A stretch of 15,593 bases of DNA from positions 1-15,593 of the forward strand of contig PBXQ01000076.1 of the NCBI GenBank assembly GCA_002727675.1. The letters run 5' to 3'. Shown piece by piece: positions 7,964 through 15,593 of the stretch. Position 1 is the stretch's first letter. Every line of letters starts with the position of its first letter. The notes under the pieces are model-generated. The model searched no databases, was not told where the DNA came from, and worked only from the letters and a program-made list of their open reading frames with translations. The stretch comes from Thermoplasmata archaeon. GTDB lineage: Archaea > Thermoplasmatota > Poseidoniia > Poseidoniales > Thalassarchaeaceae. A program made the position numbers and the translations under genes.

Positions 7964-8413
7964 ATGGCAGACTGGCGGGAAATTATCAACGATGCGCTGA
8001 ATGATGAAAGTGGTGACCCTATCGCTCTTTTTAGAAAATATGAAGAGGCTGCCGAAGCTGCAATTGAAGAAGCACAATCACGTCTAAATGATTCTTGGAC
8101 TGAACCTGGACAAATGATGGAAACGGTATACGGGGCTATGGTTGCATATTCAAATCAAATATTAGCAAGAAGAGAAGCAGAAGATGTTTCAGCTGGAAGT
8201 CTAGATCATGCCTTCCGTACGGGACAAGCATACGGAGTATCGTGTGTGTTAAACCACATAATTGACCGTTTAAGAGATCCTTCAAAAACATCTCAACTTG
8301 CTGCTCTAGATGCATTTAGCGATAAAATGCATAACGACTTGTTAGAAGATGTAAACAAAATTGGCCTAACTATTGAACTACTCGATGCAAAAGGCGGGGT
8401 TATTTCCGATTAA
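7964..8413 (+). CDS. Hypothetical protein (~150 aa, acidic, predicted all-alpha); no family recognised
   Basis: The ORF track has 7955..8413 with a GTG start. The ATG at 7964 gives MADWREIINDALNDESGDPIALFRKYEEAAEAAIEEAQ.... It has coding-like composition, is preceded by GGGAGAG, and is convergent with the aminotransferase with a 4-nt gap between stops. Confidence 0.55.
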   Translation: MADWREIINDALNDESGDPIALFRKYEEAAEAAIEEAQSRLNDSWTEPGQMMETVYGAMVAYSNQILARREAEDVSAGSLDHAFRTGQAYGVSCVLNHIIDRLRDPSKTSQLAALDAFSDKMHNDLLEDVNKIGLTIELLDAKGGVISD

Positions 8414-8417
8414 ATTT

Positions 8418-9569
8418 TCACAGATTATTGGAGTTAAGCCAATCTCCAATTCTCTTCAACCCTTCATGTAATGTTTCCTCATCACAGGCATAAGATATTC
8501 GCACAAAACCCTCACCCTCAGCAATTAAACCACCAGGGATAAGTTGGACTTTAGCTTCATTTAATGCCCTGGTTGCAAAGGTTGTTGAATCCATTCCTGT
8601 TTCTGAAATATCTACAAATCCGTAAAATGCCCCCTCCGGTTCTGGCATAGAAAGACCATTGATTGATGCAATACCATCCATCAAAATTTTTCTTCTTTTT
8701 ACATATGATTCTTTAAATTTGGATACATAATTTTCAATTCCTTCATCTAATGCACCCTCAGCAGCATCCATCAAAAAAGAAGGAATATGGGAACAAGCAT
8801 TTGCTTGTAATTTACCCATAGCCTTCATTACATTATCTGGGCCCCAAACAACTCCTATTCTCCAGCCTGTCATTGCAAATGATTTGGACCAACCTGTTAC
8901 AACAATTGTTCTTTCAGATCCGCCTTCAAGACTAGCAGGAGAAAGGTGTTCCCAATCCGTCCAATTTAATCTAGCATAAATTTCATCTGAAATTAACCAT
9001 AAATCATATTTTATTGCAATATCTAATAACGATTTTATTTCTGGTGGTGTATAAACAGCCCCTGTTGGGTTATTCGGTGAATTAACTACTATTGCCTTGG
9101 TTTTACTAGTAATAGATGATTCAATGAGTTCTAAATTTGGATGAAAATTGTTTTTGTTGACTGGTACATGTATAGGTGTTAAATCAAGCATTCTGCATTG
9201 AATGTCATAAGATGGCCAAGCAGGCGCTAGAAGTATGACTTCATCCCCTGGCTCACAAGTAACCATAAAGGTATACAGTAGACCTTGTTTTGCCCCTGGT
9301 GTAATTATTATCGATTCAGGAGTTGCTGGTATCCCATAACGTAAATTTAGTCTATTTGCAGAAGCTGTACACAAATCAATTGAACCTTCACTACGAGTAT
9401 ATTTTGTATTACCCTCTTTAAGAGATTTAATTGCAGCATCAATAATTGGTTGAGGTGTATCAAAACCAGGTTCACCCACTGTCCAGCGTATTACATCGGG
9501 TGGAGGAGCAGCAAGAAACGGTTTTATTCCGGCTGGTAAATCGACAAATCTTTCAGCAATGTCAACCAA
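8418..9569 (-). CDS. PLP-dependent aminotransferase, class I (aspartate/aromatic aminotransferase family)
   Basis: It has the GEPGFDTP N-terminal motif, NSPNNPTGAVYT (the conserved N-P-T-G) and SKSFAMTGWRIG, the PLP-lysine SK...G.R.G signature of the AAT family. The 383-aa length fits. The apparent start is TTG, with no in-frame ATG upstream. It is preceded by a GGGGGG run and a TATA-like AATTTATACA ~40 nt upstream on the minus strand. Confidence 0.85.
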   Translation of the reverse strand: MVDIAERFVDLPAGIKPFLAAPPPDVIRWTVGEPGFDTPQPIIDAAIKSLKEGNTKYTRSEGSIDLCTASANRLNLRYGIPATPESIIITPGAKQGLLYTFMVTCEPGDEVILLAPAWPSYDIQCRMLDLTPIHVPVNKNNFHPNLELIESSITSKTKAIVVNSPNNPTGAVYTPPEIKSLLDIAIKYDLWLISDEIYARLNWTDWEHLSPASLEGGSERTIVVTGWSKSFAMTGWRIGVVWGPDNVMKAMGKLQANACSHIPSFLMDAAEGALDEGIENYVSKFKESYVKRRKILMDGIASINGLSMPEPEGAFYGFVDISETGMDSTTFATRALNEAKVQLIPGGLIAEGEGFVRISYACDEETLHEGLKRIGDWLNSNNL

Positions 9570-9683
9570 AATATCATCCCCCCAACCATTAACAACAAAG
9601 GTACTGTATAAATTAGCGACAAGGCTCTATTGAAAGAACTTGCCGCAATACCTTCAAATTAATTGGAATGCTTTTTTCATCGC

Positions 9684-9692
9684 TTTCAAATA
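9684..9692 (+). promoter_or_regulatory. TATA-like box (TTTCAAATA) upstream of tRNA-Cys
   Basis: This AT-rich box is centred ~33 nt upstream of the mature tRNA 5' end at 9721. That fits an archaeal tRNA promoter whose transcription start lies a few nt upstream of the mature end. Confidence 0.3.
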
Positions 9693-9720
9693 GGAGGCCT
9701 TGGTGGGATTGCTTACGGAT

Positions 9721-9797
9721 GCGTCGGTAGCAAAGCCTGGTTACGCGATGGACTGCAAATCCATTTCACGGGGGTTCAAATCCCTCCCGGCGCTCCA
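9721..9797 (+). tRNA. tRNA-Cys (anticodon GCA), with encoded CCA
   Basis: Plus strand reads GCGUCGG-UA-GCAA-AGCCUGGUU-ACGC-G-AUGGA-CUGCAAA-UCCAU-UUCAC-GGGGG-UUCAAAU-CCCUC-CCGGCGC-U-CCA. The 7-bp acceptor stem has one G.U. The 5-bp anticodon stem is perfect, with loop C-U-GCA-A-A. The T arm has UUCAAAU. The D stem is weak, with only 2 Watson-Crick pairs by my hand fold. The overall architecture resembles my recollection of other archaeal tRNA-Cys. Confidence 0.65.
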
Positions 9798-9812
9798 TTG
9801 AATTTAGAATAA

Positions 9813-11210
9813 CTATTCATTATCTTCAGAAACTGAACCAAGATATTCTGGTAGCTCAACACCAGCCATCTTAGCAACATCGTGCATTGGCGGTATTGTT
9901 TGAACAAGGCTGCTCACAAAATTAGATGTGGTCCCTTTGCCATCAGCATCAACCCCGGAATCCCATACAGTAATCTTGTCAATCTGAAGATTCTTTACTG
10001 CCTCTACTTGGGCTGCAACCATTGTGTCAACTTTCTCAACCATCAGCAAAGTCGCTGCTGCCTTTGGATCTCCACCTGCACTTTTAACCAACATTTCATA
10101 CCCCGCTGCTTTTGCAGATAGCACTTGTTTGACACCCTCTGCTTCAGCTTGGTAACGAGCAAGTATTGCATCCGCTTCACCGGAAGCAATACGTCGTTGG
10201 CGCTCTGCTTCCGCCTCTGCAGCAATTTCAATTTGAGTTTTTGAGATTTCTTCACGAACAATTTCTTCTGCACGTAATCGTTCTTGCTCAAGCATATACT
10301 GTGCTTTCTGAATTTCCACCTCTGCTGTTCTTGTTGCAACTTCAGCTCTCCGCATTGCTTCCGCTTCCTTCTCAGCAAGTGTAGCATTATATTCCGCAAT
10401 ACTAGCTTTAGATGTGTTCTCTCCCTCGATTGCCAAAGACTCTTGGTTCTGAACGAAAATACGTTGGTCTGCACTAGCAGCCTTCTTTCCTTTCTCCGCT
10501 TCAGCTTCATTCTCAGCAACTTGAATGTCACGAGCTCGATTTGCTTCAGCAGCACCAATAGCACCATCACGATCTGCAACCGCTACATCTGCCTTAGCAG
10601 CATTTACTGCAGTTGCCGCTGCCTTCTTACCAATGCTTTCGATATAATCTGAATCATCTGTAATATCTGTGATGTTCACGTTTATGAGATAAAGTCCTAA
10701 CTTATGCAATTCATGGCCAACGTTGAGTGTGATACGCTCTAAGAAATTGTCACGGTCTTGGTTAATCTGTTCAATTGTTAAAGATGCAACAGTTAAACGA
10801 AGTTGACCAAAAATAATCTCAGATGCCATTTCCTCGATTTGGGACTTATTCAAATGCAACAAACGCTCTGCAGCATTGTTCATAATAAGTGGATCTGTGC
10901 TGATACCAACTGTGAATGTTGAAGGTACGTGAATACGAATATTTTGTAGAGATAACGCATTGGTCAAGTTAATCTGAATGGTCATCGGAACTAAACTAAG
11001 TTTCTTATAATCTTGAAATAATGGGATTACAAAAGTTGCACCACCATGAATACAGCGTGATGCACGGCCACCTTTAACACGTCCAAATACAACCAATATC
11101 TCATCAGATGCACATCTCTTGTAACGTGTTACAAGCATAATGAAAATTAATGCCAATACTAGCATTAATCCAAAAACAACACCAAAACCCCATACACCAC
11201 TATCTGCCAT
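9813..11210 (-). CDS. Flotillin-like SPFH/band-7 protein (YqiK/FloT family) with an N-terminal TM helix and a long Ala/Glu-rich coiled-coil flotillin domain
   Basis: MADSGVWGFGVVFGLMLVLALIFIMLV (TM) is followed by an SPFH core, then an extended EAEA/AEAE-rich coiled coil (...AEAEKGKKAASADQRIFV...LAEKEAEAMRRAEVATRTAEVEIQKAQ...AAEAEAERQRRIASGEADAILARYQAEAEG...). The ATG at 11210 is preceded by GAGGAG. The track's GTG at 11219 would overlap the nfeD stop. Confidence 0.85.
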   Translation of the reverse strand: MADSGVWGFGVVFGLMLVLALIFIMLVTRYKRCASDEILVVFGRVKGGRASRCIHGGATFVIPLFQDYKKLSLVPMTIQINLTNALSLQNIRIHVPSTFTVGISTDPLIMNNAAERLLHLNKSQIEEMASEIIFGQLRLTVASLTIEQINQDRDNFLERITLNVGHELHKLGLYLINVNITDITDDSDYIESIGKKAAATAVNAAKADVAVADRDGAIGAAEANRARDIQVAENEAEAEKGKKAASADQRIFVQNQESLAIEGENTSKASIAEYNATLAEKEAEAMRRAEVATRTAEVEIQKAQYMLEQERLRAEEIVREEISKTQIEIAAEAEAERQRRIASGEADAILARYQAEAEGVKQVLSAKAAGYEMLVKSAGGDPKAAATLLMVEKVDTMVAAQVEAVKNLQIDKITVWDSGVDADGKGTTSNFVSSLVQTIPPMHDVAKMAGVELPEYLGSVSEDNE

Positions 11211-11215
11211 AATTA

Positions 11216-11863
11216 TCACTCCTCTTCAGTTTCTATTTCATCACCTAGGTTCAGTAATTCAACAATTAATGTTGAACCAATTACATCTATTACTTTGATA
11301 AATTCGCCCGTATCAATATGTAATTTCTTATCTTTAGCTCTTGCTGTAAGAACTCGTAATGTACCATCTACAGGAACTGAAACTTCACCTGATTCATTGG
11401 GCCTTATCCTAGAATAAACTTCTCCCCTCTGGCCAATTGCGTCTTCATGTTTCATCGTACCATCTACATGTAATTCAGATATTCCTTTCAACATTAGACC
11501 AACGCCGTACATCGATACTACTGCCGCTAATCCTCCCGCAAGAACTGCATACAACTCAGTATTTGTAGCTGAGTATGTGAACATCCCCATATACCCAAAC
11601 ATCATTATTGCTGCAGCAAGACCTTGAATACTAAATAATTCAAATGAAAGATCAGAATCCATGCTAATATCAGTATCAAAAGCGGAATCAAAAACACCAC
11701 CAAGAACATCACCTAACATCATTAAAGCCATCATGATAAGAAAAAATGCTGTACCCAAAAAAGCACATGCCATGAAAATTATTTGAAGAGTTGTGGGCGC
11801 TGTAACTCCAGCAATTTCTGCTAGCCAATCAACCCAAGTCATACTACCACCACGTAAACCCAT
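11216..11863 (-). CDS. Short NfeD-family membrane protein (YqiJ/YuaF-like): polytopic membrane N-domain plus C-terminal OB-fold beta-barrel
   Basis: It has 3-4 hydrophobic helices followed by ...GQRGEVYSRIRPNESGEVSVPVDGTLRVLTARAKDKKLHIDTGEFIKVIDVIGSTLIVE. That is the characteristic NfeD C-terminal OB domain pattern (G..G.v..pi.p..G.V.v.g...a.....I..G..V.V..v.G..L.V). It is immediately upstream of, and co-oriented with, the flotillin gene, the canonical nfeD-SPFH operon arrangement. It has no ClpP-type protease domain, so it is the short form. Confidence 0.8.
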   Translation of the reverse strand: MGLRGGSMTWVDWLAEIAGVTAPTTLQIIFMACAFLGTAFFLIMMALMMLGDVLGGVFDSAFDTDISMDSDLSFELFSIQGLAAAIMMFGYMGMFTYSATNTELYAVLAGGLAAVVSMYGVGLMLKGISELHVDGTMKHEDAIGQRGEVYSRIRPNESGEVSVPVDGTLRVLTARAKDKKLHIDTGEFIKVIDVIGSTLIVELLNLGDEIETEEE

Positions 11864-11890
11864 TATAGAAGCAGTCTTTGATGTTATTCC

Positions 11891-11900
11891 TATTTTAAAA
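11891..11900 (-). promoter_or_regulatory. TATA-like box (TTTTAAAATA on the minus strand) for the nfeD-flotillin operon
   Basis: It lies in the 68-bp spacer between the subtilase stop (11932) and the nfeD ATG (11863). The AT-rich box is ~30-35 nt upstream of the ATG. Confidence 0.3.
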
Positions 11901-11931
11901 GTTCAGAGCATTTACGAATCGTATGGGGATT

Positions 11932-14391
11932 TTAGTTATCTTCTATATCATCAAGCCTACGTGAATTTTTGTTTTTATTTATAATAACAAGGATTGAGGA
12001 AGTTAAAATTAAAATTACAAATAATGATAATATAATCATTGATACAGGGAAACTTGATTCTGCCTGAACAGAAACATTTTGCCCCCAAATTGGAATCTGA
12101 CTTTCATTATATACTGGGCGTAAGTAAATCAAATTCCCATCATTAATTGAATCATACTCATTACTTGGAATTGCAGGGTCAAGATCAGTATAACCATCTA
12201 ACCGCTGTTCAAAATCAATTACAATTGGTTCAGAAACATCTAACTTCAGCAAAACATCAACCGTGTAAGGAACCCGAGGCTCAGCAAACTCAGAACCACT
12301 CAAAACTTCGGCGAACAATGAAATTGCAGCCCCTGTCACATCAAACTCACACCATTTACTCCAATGTTCCTCTTCGATGTCCAATACTATATACAAAGTA
12401 TCTCCAGTCCTTGTACCCTGCCCCGCAGCGTCATCATTACCATCTTCACTAAGATCTATATTGGGTCGTATTTGGGCAACTTGTGCGTTGTCACTATTCC
12501 ATTCCAATGAAGTGAAAGTTACTTCCATTTGAGTAGTTCCATTTGGAATCCAAACATAGTGCCTATCATCAGTAGCGTATGTACCCCAAGTACTTGTTGG
12601 ACCATTATTGAAATGACTCCACTCACCCTTCCATGCATGTTTCAATTGATCTGTTTGAAGTGGGATTTCACGGATTTCAAGTATGTCCATGTAGTAATCA
12701 TTTGCATCCCATACTGTTACTTCTGGATGTTCAACAAATCCATCCCCATCTGAATCACGTAATAATTCAAGAGTCCTTGCTAATGCAACAGCATGATCTA
12801 CATGTACTAATCCATGACCTACTCGCCAATCGTGACAAAGTTTAGTTTGATTTGATATGTAACATTGATCAGGTATGTCATTGCATGAATCTTCATCATT
12901 ACCCTCTTCACACTGATTAACTAGACTGTCGTATTGCGCAGTCAATTCTAGTATTAATTCCACCTCATGTACTCGTGTATTGTTAGAATTGAACCATTCT
13001 TCGTTTTGGAAACCCTGAGCTGGTTCTCCTGTAACCATAGAAATTCCTTCATCGTGGTCTTCATATTGATAGTTTGCCACCGTTAATGAAGGCGCCACAT
13101 CTATCAAAACAGTAGCAATACCCCCAATATGAGGGGTAGCCATGCTAGTTCCACTAATTGACATATAATACAAATCCCCTTGGGTTCTTGTAGAGGCATC
13201 TATTGCTGTAGCGCGTGGAGCTGTTGCCCAAATATCACGACCGGGGGCGCCTATATCTGGCCAAGTATGTTGTTGGTTTATCCAACCCCGTGATGAGAAT
13301 GAGGTGACTGCACTGCCATCATGAGTCAAAGCTGCGACTGATATTGCGGAAGGTGTGTTTGCATACATATTAGTTCGTAAATCGTCATCACCTTCAGCCC
13401 CACTACCTCCTGAATTGGAAGCAGCAAAAATTACCGCTACTCCATTATCATAAGTCAACATGTTAGTCAATTGAGTAATTACGTTAGAAGGATTGTAATC
13501 TCCATTAGTACCCCATGAGTTTGATACTACACGGATATTGAAATCATTTAGCCCCGGGCGAGAATTTTCATATGTCCATTCAAGACCTTGCTCAGCTGCA
13601 AAAATACTCGCACCATCACCAGTCCCCAATGCCACGATTTGGGCGCCTTTTGCCGTTCCAAGCCTTCGTCCCGCACTTGCATCACCGTTTCCAGCAATTG
13701 TACCCCCTACGTGAGTCCCGTGGCCTGAGGAGGTATCAGAATTACAATTTGGAGCATCAATCCAAGCCACTCCAGACCATTTGGCTGACCAAATTAACTT
13801 CTCTCCCGTCCAAGGTTCCCCACAATCAAAATCAGGATGTTCTCCATCTATTCCTGTATCTAAATCAACTGCAGTAGTTCCGTCACCATCCCACTCAGCA
13901 AAAGCAAGATTATCAAACACGACTTTACCGTCCCTATCTATTATAGCACGATGCCATGATAGTGAGGAATTGACAACGTGTACAGTTTCGTGCATCTTTG
14001 CTGAAGGGTTCGTTGGATCTCCAGGTAAATAGAAATGTTCTAATTCTCTATTTCTCTCAATGAAAAAAATATCATCCATCAACGATAATAATCTAATTTG
14101 ATTTTCAGTTCCTTTGAATAAACCGCCATGCAGTATATTCATTTCCCCTAATGTTTCTAAACCAATTTCTTCAATCTCAGCCCACTTGTATTGATTCATC
14201 GGGGTCTTGAATTGAACTATGATTTCAATGGTTTCATTTTCAGTAAAATAATTAATCAAATCACGATCAATCTTTGAAATATCACCCCGCGTATTGAGTT
14301 CATCAGTTAATACTGCGGAACTAGTAGATGAGAGAAAAATTGCGAGCATTAAAATTGCCAATAATCCGCGGCGCATGGCCCGCCCACCCAT
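11932..14391 (-). CDS. Membrane-anchored extracellular subtilisin-like serine protease (peptidase S8) with an I9-type propeptide, C-terminal beta-rich extension and a TM anchor
   Basis: A signal peptide (M)RRGLLAILMLAIFLSSTSSAVL is followed by a propeptide. The catalytic triad motifs are AVDLDTGIDGEHPDF (Asp), HGTHVGGTIAG (His) and GTSMATPHIGGIATV (Ser). A ~330-aa C-terminal extension has acidic Cys clusters, then SMIILSLFVILILTSSILVII-NKNKNSRRLDDIEDN (TM plus tail). Two in-frame ATGs are possible starts (14391, 14376). The second is preceded by GGGTGGG. Confidence 0.9.
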   Translation of the reverse strand: MGGRAMRRGLLAILMLAIFLSSTSSAVLTDELNTRGDISKIDRDLINYFTENETIEIIVQFKTPMNQYKWAEIEEIGLETLGEMNILHGGLFKGTENQIRLLSLMDDIFFIERNRELEHFYLPGDPTNPSAKMHETVHVVNSSLSWHRAIIDRDGKVVFDNLAFAEWDGDGTTAVDLDTGIDGEHPDFDCGEPWTGEKLIWSAKWSGVAWIDAPNCNSDTSSGHGTHVGGTIAGNGDASAGRRLGTAKGAQIVALGTGDGASIFAAEQGLEWTYENSRPGLNDFNIRVVSNSWGTNGDYNPSNVITQLTNMLTYDNGVAVIFAASNSGGSGAEGDDDLRTNMYANTPSAISVAALTHDGSAVTSFSSRGWINQQHTWPDIGAPGRDIWATAPRATAIDASTRTQGDLYYMSISGTSMATPHIGGIATVLIDVAPSLTVANYQYEDHDEGISMVTGEPAQGFQNEEWFNSNNTRVHEVELILELTAQYDSLVNQCEEGNDEDSCNDIPDQCYISNQTKLCHDWRVGHGLVHVDHAVALARTLELLRDSDGDGFVEHPEVTVWDANDYYMDILEIREIPLQTDQLKHAWKGEWSHFNNGPTSTWGTYATDDRHYVWIPNGTTQMEVTFTSLEWNSDNAQVAQIRPNIDLSEDGNDDAAGQGTRTGDTLYIVLDIEEEHWSKWCEFDVTGAAISLFAEVLSGSEFAEPRVPYTVDVLLKLDVSEPIVIDFEQRLDGYTDLDPAIPSNEYDSINDGNLIYLRPVYNESQIPIWGQNVSVQAESSFPVSMIILSLFVILILTSSILVIINKNKNSRRLDDIEDN

Positions 14392-14424
14392 TTCTCAATT
14401 TAGAGTATATGCATTACTATTGAT

Positions 14425-14456
14425 TTTCAAAAAGTTGCTCCCAGCCTACGATAGGC
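14425..14456 (-). terminator. Candidate archaeal intrinsic terminator: GCCTA-CGA-TAGGC hairpin followed by a T5 tract on the minus strand
   Basis: It lies downstream (minus strand) of the 64-aa membrane-protein gene and upstream of the subtilase promoter. A 5-bp perfect stem at 14444-14456 is followed on the minus strand by CTGGGAGCAACTTTTTG. AGCCTAC also occurs twice as a direct repeat (14443-14449 and 14458-14464 on the plus strand). Confidence 0.3.
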
Positions 14457-14514
14457 AGCCTACTAATCAACTACAAGAACCCAAAAAGAATCTGTTGTTG
14501 TCATTTTTTCTATT

Positions 14515-14709
14515 TTAAACATTCAATTTTTTTTTCTCAAAATATATTATTGAAGAAAGTGATAAACCGGCCAATATAGAAGATAAAAACAAAGGCAAAT
14601 CAATGGTCCAACATATTAAGAATACCCAAAAGGGAAGAAATATAATCAACGCGCGCTTCATGAAAGGCCAAAGGCCATTGACTAATTCATCTGAACCATT
14701 ATCAATCAT
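14515..14709 (-). CDS. Small membrane protein (64 aa, 2 predicted TM helices), hypothetical
   Basis: ATG start. LIIFLPFWVFLICWTI and LFLSSILAGLSLSSIIYF are hydrophobic helices, with a C-terminal KKK. It lies 9 nt downstream of the 102-aa gene, suggesting an operon. Confidence 0.45.
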   Translation of the reverse strand: MIDNGSDELVNGLWPFMKRALIIFLPFWVFLICWTIDLPLFLSSILAGLSLSSIIYFEKKKLNV

Positions 14710-14718
14710 CTAAAACCC

Positions 14719-15027
14719 TCAGGGCAAGAAAATAGTGCCTAAAATCATTGTAATTAGCCACATTATTACCCCATACCAAACGCCTTTACCTTGCTTTGCA
14801 GCTTGGTCTGAATGTACCTCTTTCTGTATTTGCTTCATTGGGTTAAGAAGTAGATCTCTTTGCTCTTGTCTAAATACAACTATGGCTAAAACAAAGCAAG
14901 CCGCTGCACCTGCACCAAACAATGTTTCAATAGCGGCACTCACATCGTCCATTAATTTCACATATAACCAAGCATTTGTTATTGAGGTCAACAACCACAT
15001 GAATGAACCGCGGTCTGCTACTCCCAT
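14719..15027 (-). CDS. Membrane protein (102 aa, ~3 TM helices), hypothetical
   Basis: ATG start. The hydrophobic segments are FMWLLTSITNAWLYV, LFGAGAAACFVLAIVVF and VWYGVIMWLITMILGTIFL. It is preferred over the overlapping plus-strand ORF 14735..15133, which is Cys-rich with no structure. Confidence 0.5.
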   Translation of the reverse strand: MGVADRGSFMWLLTSITNAWLYVKLMDDVSAAIETLFGAGAAACFVLAIVVFRQEQRDLLLNPMKQIQKEVHSDQAAKQGKGVWYGVIMWLITMILGTIFLP

Positions 15028-15122
15028 GATGCTTGGTTATGAGGGACATAATTCAACTTTGGTATTATTTGATTATGTAACTACCCATCAAGTTCAACTG
15101 CTTCCTTACTATCCCACAAACA

Positions 15123-15593
15123 ATGGTTTCTGAGTCGGACTTCGTATCCGCATTGCAAATTTACAATGATTCACTCGCCAACCCTGATGTCCAGATTGAT
15201 GAAGTAAGACCTCATATTGAACGACATTTGGATGAATTAATTGGTCGTTTACCTTTAGTTGCTCAAAAGATAGCTAGGGAGAGAGCATATTCTGAATTAG
15301 ATAAAATAGAAGCTAGAGCCAAAGAAAAGGCGGCAGAAGTAGCTGCTGAAGTCGAGAAAGCGGAAAAAAAGGTTCGAGAAAAAGCAGGATTTCCCACCCG
15401 TCCAACTGTTTTTGTTCAAACGGAAAATCCACAGGAAGGATCACCTTTTACCATCGGTTTTTCCGGCAGTTCCGGAGATTCACACGCATGGATTGGAATC
15501 TATCCTTTAGGGACGCCCCATATAGGGCATGGAAGCAACTGGCTATACGTTAGCGGAACCCAACAACCCGGCAAGGGAAAAGTAGCAGGTTCA
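15123..15593 (+). CDS. Hypothetical protein, 5' part (runs off the window end); N-terminal charged coiled-coil followed by a Gly/Ser-rich beta-type region
   Basis: My translation from the ATG at 15123 has no stop to the window end: MVSESDFVSALQIYNDSLANPDVQIDEVRPHIERHLDELIGRLPLVAQKIARERAYSELDKIEARAKEKAAEVAAEVEKAEKKVREKAGFPTRPTVFVQTENPQEGSPFTIGFSGSSGDSHAWIGIYPLGTPHIGHGSNWLYVSGTQQPGKGKVAGS. It is divergent from the 14719..15027 gene, with a 95-bp AT-rich spacer. Confidence 0.5.
   Translation, partial: MVSESDFVSALQIYNDSLANPDVQIDEVRPHIERHLDELIGRLPLVAQKIARERAYSELDKIEARAKEKAAEVAAEVEKAEKKVREKAGFPTRPTVFVQTENPQEGSPFTIGFSGSSGDSHAWIGIYPLGTPHIGHGSNWLYVSGTQQPGKGKVAGS

Noticed and set aside
9579-9590. Out-of-frame ATG (9589) upstream of the aminotransferase TTG start; a possible frameshift at the C6/G6 homopolymer
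   Set aside because: A +1 insertion in the homopolymer would be required to bring it in frame. The TTG start already gives an N-terminus of appropriate length relative to the GEPGFDTP motif, so no frameshift is needed.
9570-9720. Possible small ORF or sRNA in the 150-bp spacer between the aminotransferase start and tRNA-Cys (contains ATG-CTTTTTTC)
   Set aside because: The only ORF there is under 10 codons. The region is better explained by the aminotransferase promoter (minus strand) and tRNA-Cys promoter (plus strand) sharing a divergent spacer.
10043-10579. 178-aa Lys/Arg/Gln-rich ORF on the minus strand, plus two plus-strand ORFs at 10166-10652, overlapping the flotillin gene
   Set aside because: These are alternate-frame or antisense readings of the GAA/GCA-rich coiled-coil coding region of the flotillin gene. 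They are low-complexity and have no independent start or SD signals. The flotillin frame has clear SPFH and flotillin-domain features.
14735-15133. 132-aa plus-strand ORF overlapping the 102-aa minus-strand membrane-protein gene
   Set aside because: It is Cys-rich and structureless, with no TM segments and no upstream signals. The minus-strand ORF has coherent TM helices, an ATG start, and continues the co-oriented gene series.

Overview
This window reads as an archaeal chromosome segment of roughly 40% GC. Most genes are on the minus strand. Its core is the conserved archaeal r-protein/RNA-polymerase cluster rpl18e-rpl13-rps9-rpoN followed by tRNA-Pro(GGG), all on the minus strand. The usual downstream genes (rpoK-eno-rps2) are absent. 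In their place the tRNA is followed directly by a ~1570-aa, signal-peptide-bearing, C-terminally membrane-anchored surface protein. This protein carries beta-helix-like repeats, carboxypeptidase-regulatory-like and PKD-like domains and thrombospondin-type-3-like acidic Ca-binding repeats. Seventy-one sense codons in its reading frame run on past its TGA stop into a small two-TM membrane protein. At the left edge is the N-terminal ~280 aa of a bacterial-type NAD+-dependent DNA ligase (LigA) with a textbook archaeal leaderless TATA promoter. The right half encodes a class-I PLP aminotransferase, a tRNA-Cys(GCA) and a three-gene minus-strand block: membrane-anchored S8 subtilase, short NfeD, flotillin/SPFH. 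Beyond that are two small co-oriented membrane-protein genes and a divergent, window-truncated hypothetical gene. There is also an unassignable acidic 150-aa hypothetical protein. I see no CRISPR array, transposase, integrase or recognisable defence-system gene. The most notable points are the giant gene in the rpoK slot, the in-frame run past its stop codon, the LigA in an archaeal context and the subtilase-NfeD-flotillin arrangement. The start codon is frequently TTG or GTG in the supplied ORF track. Where an internal ATG is preceded by a G-rich Shine-Dalgarno-like run, I treat that ATG as the probable start. All calls rest on by-eye motif recognition without database searches.
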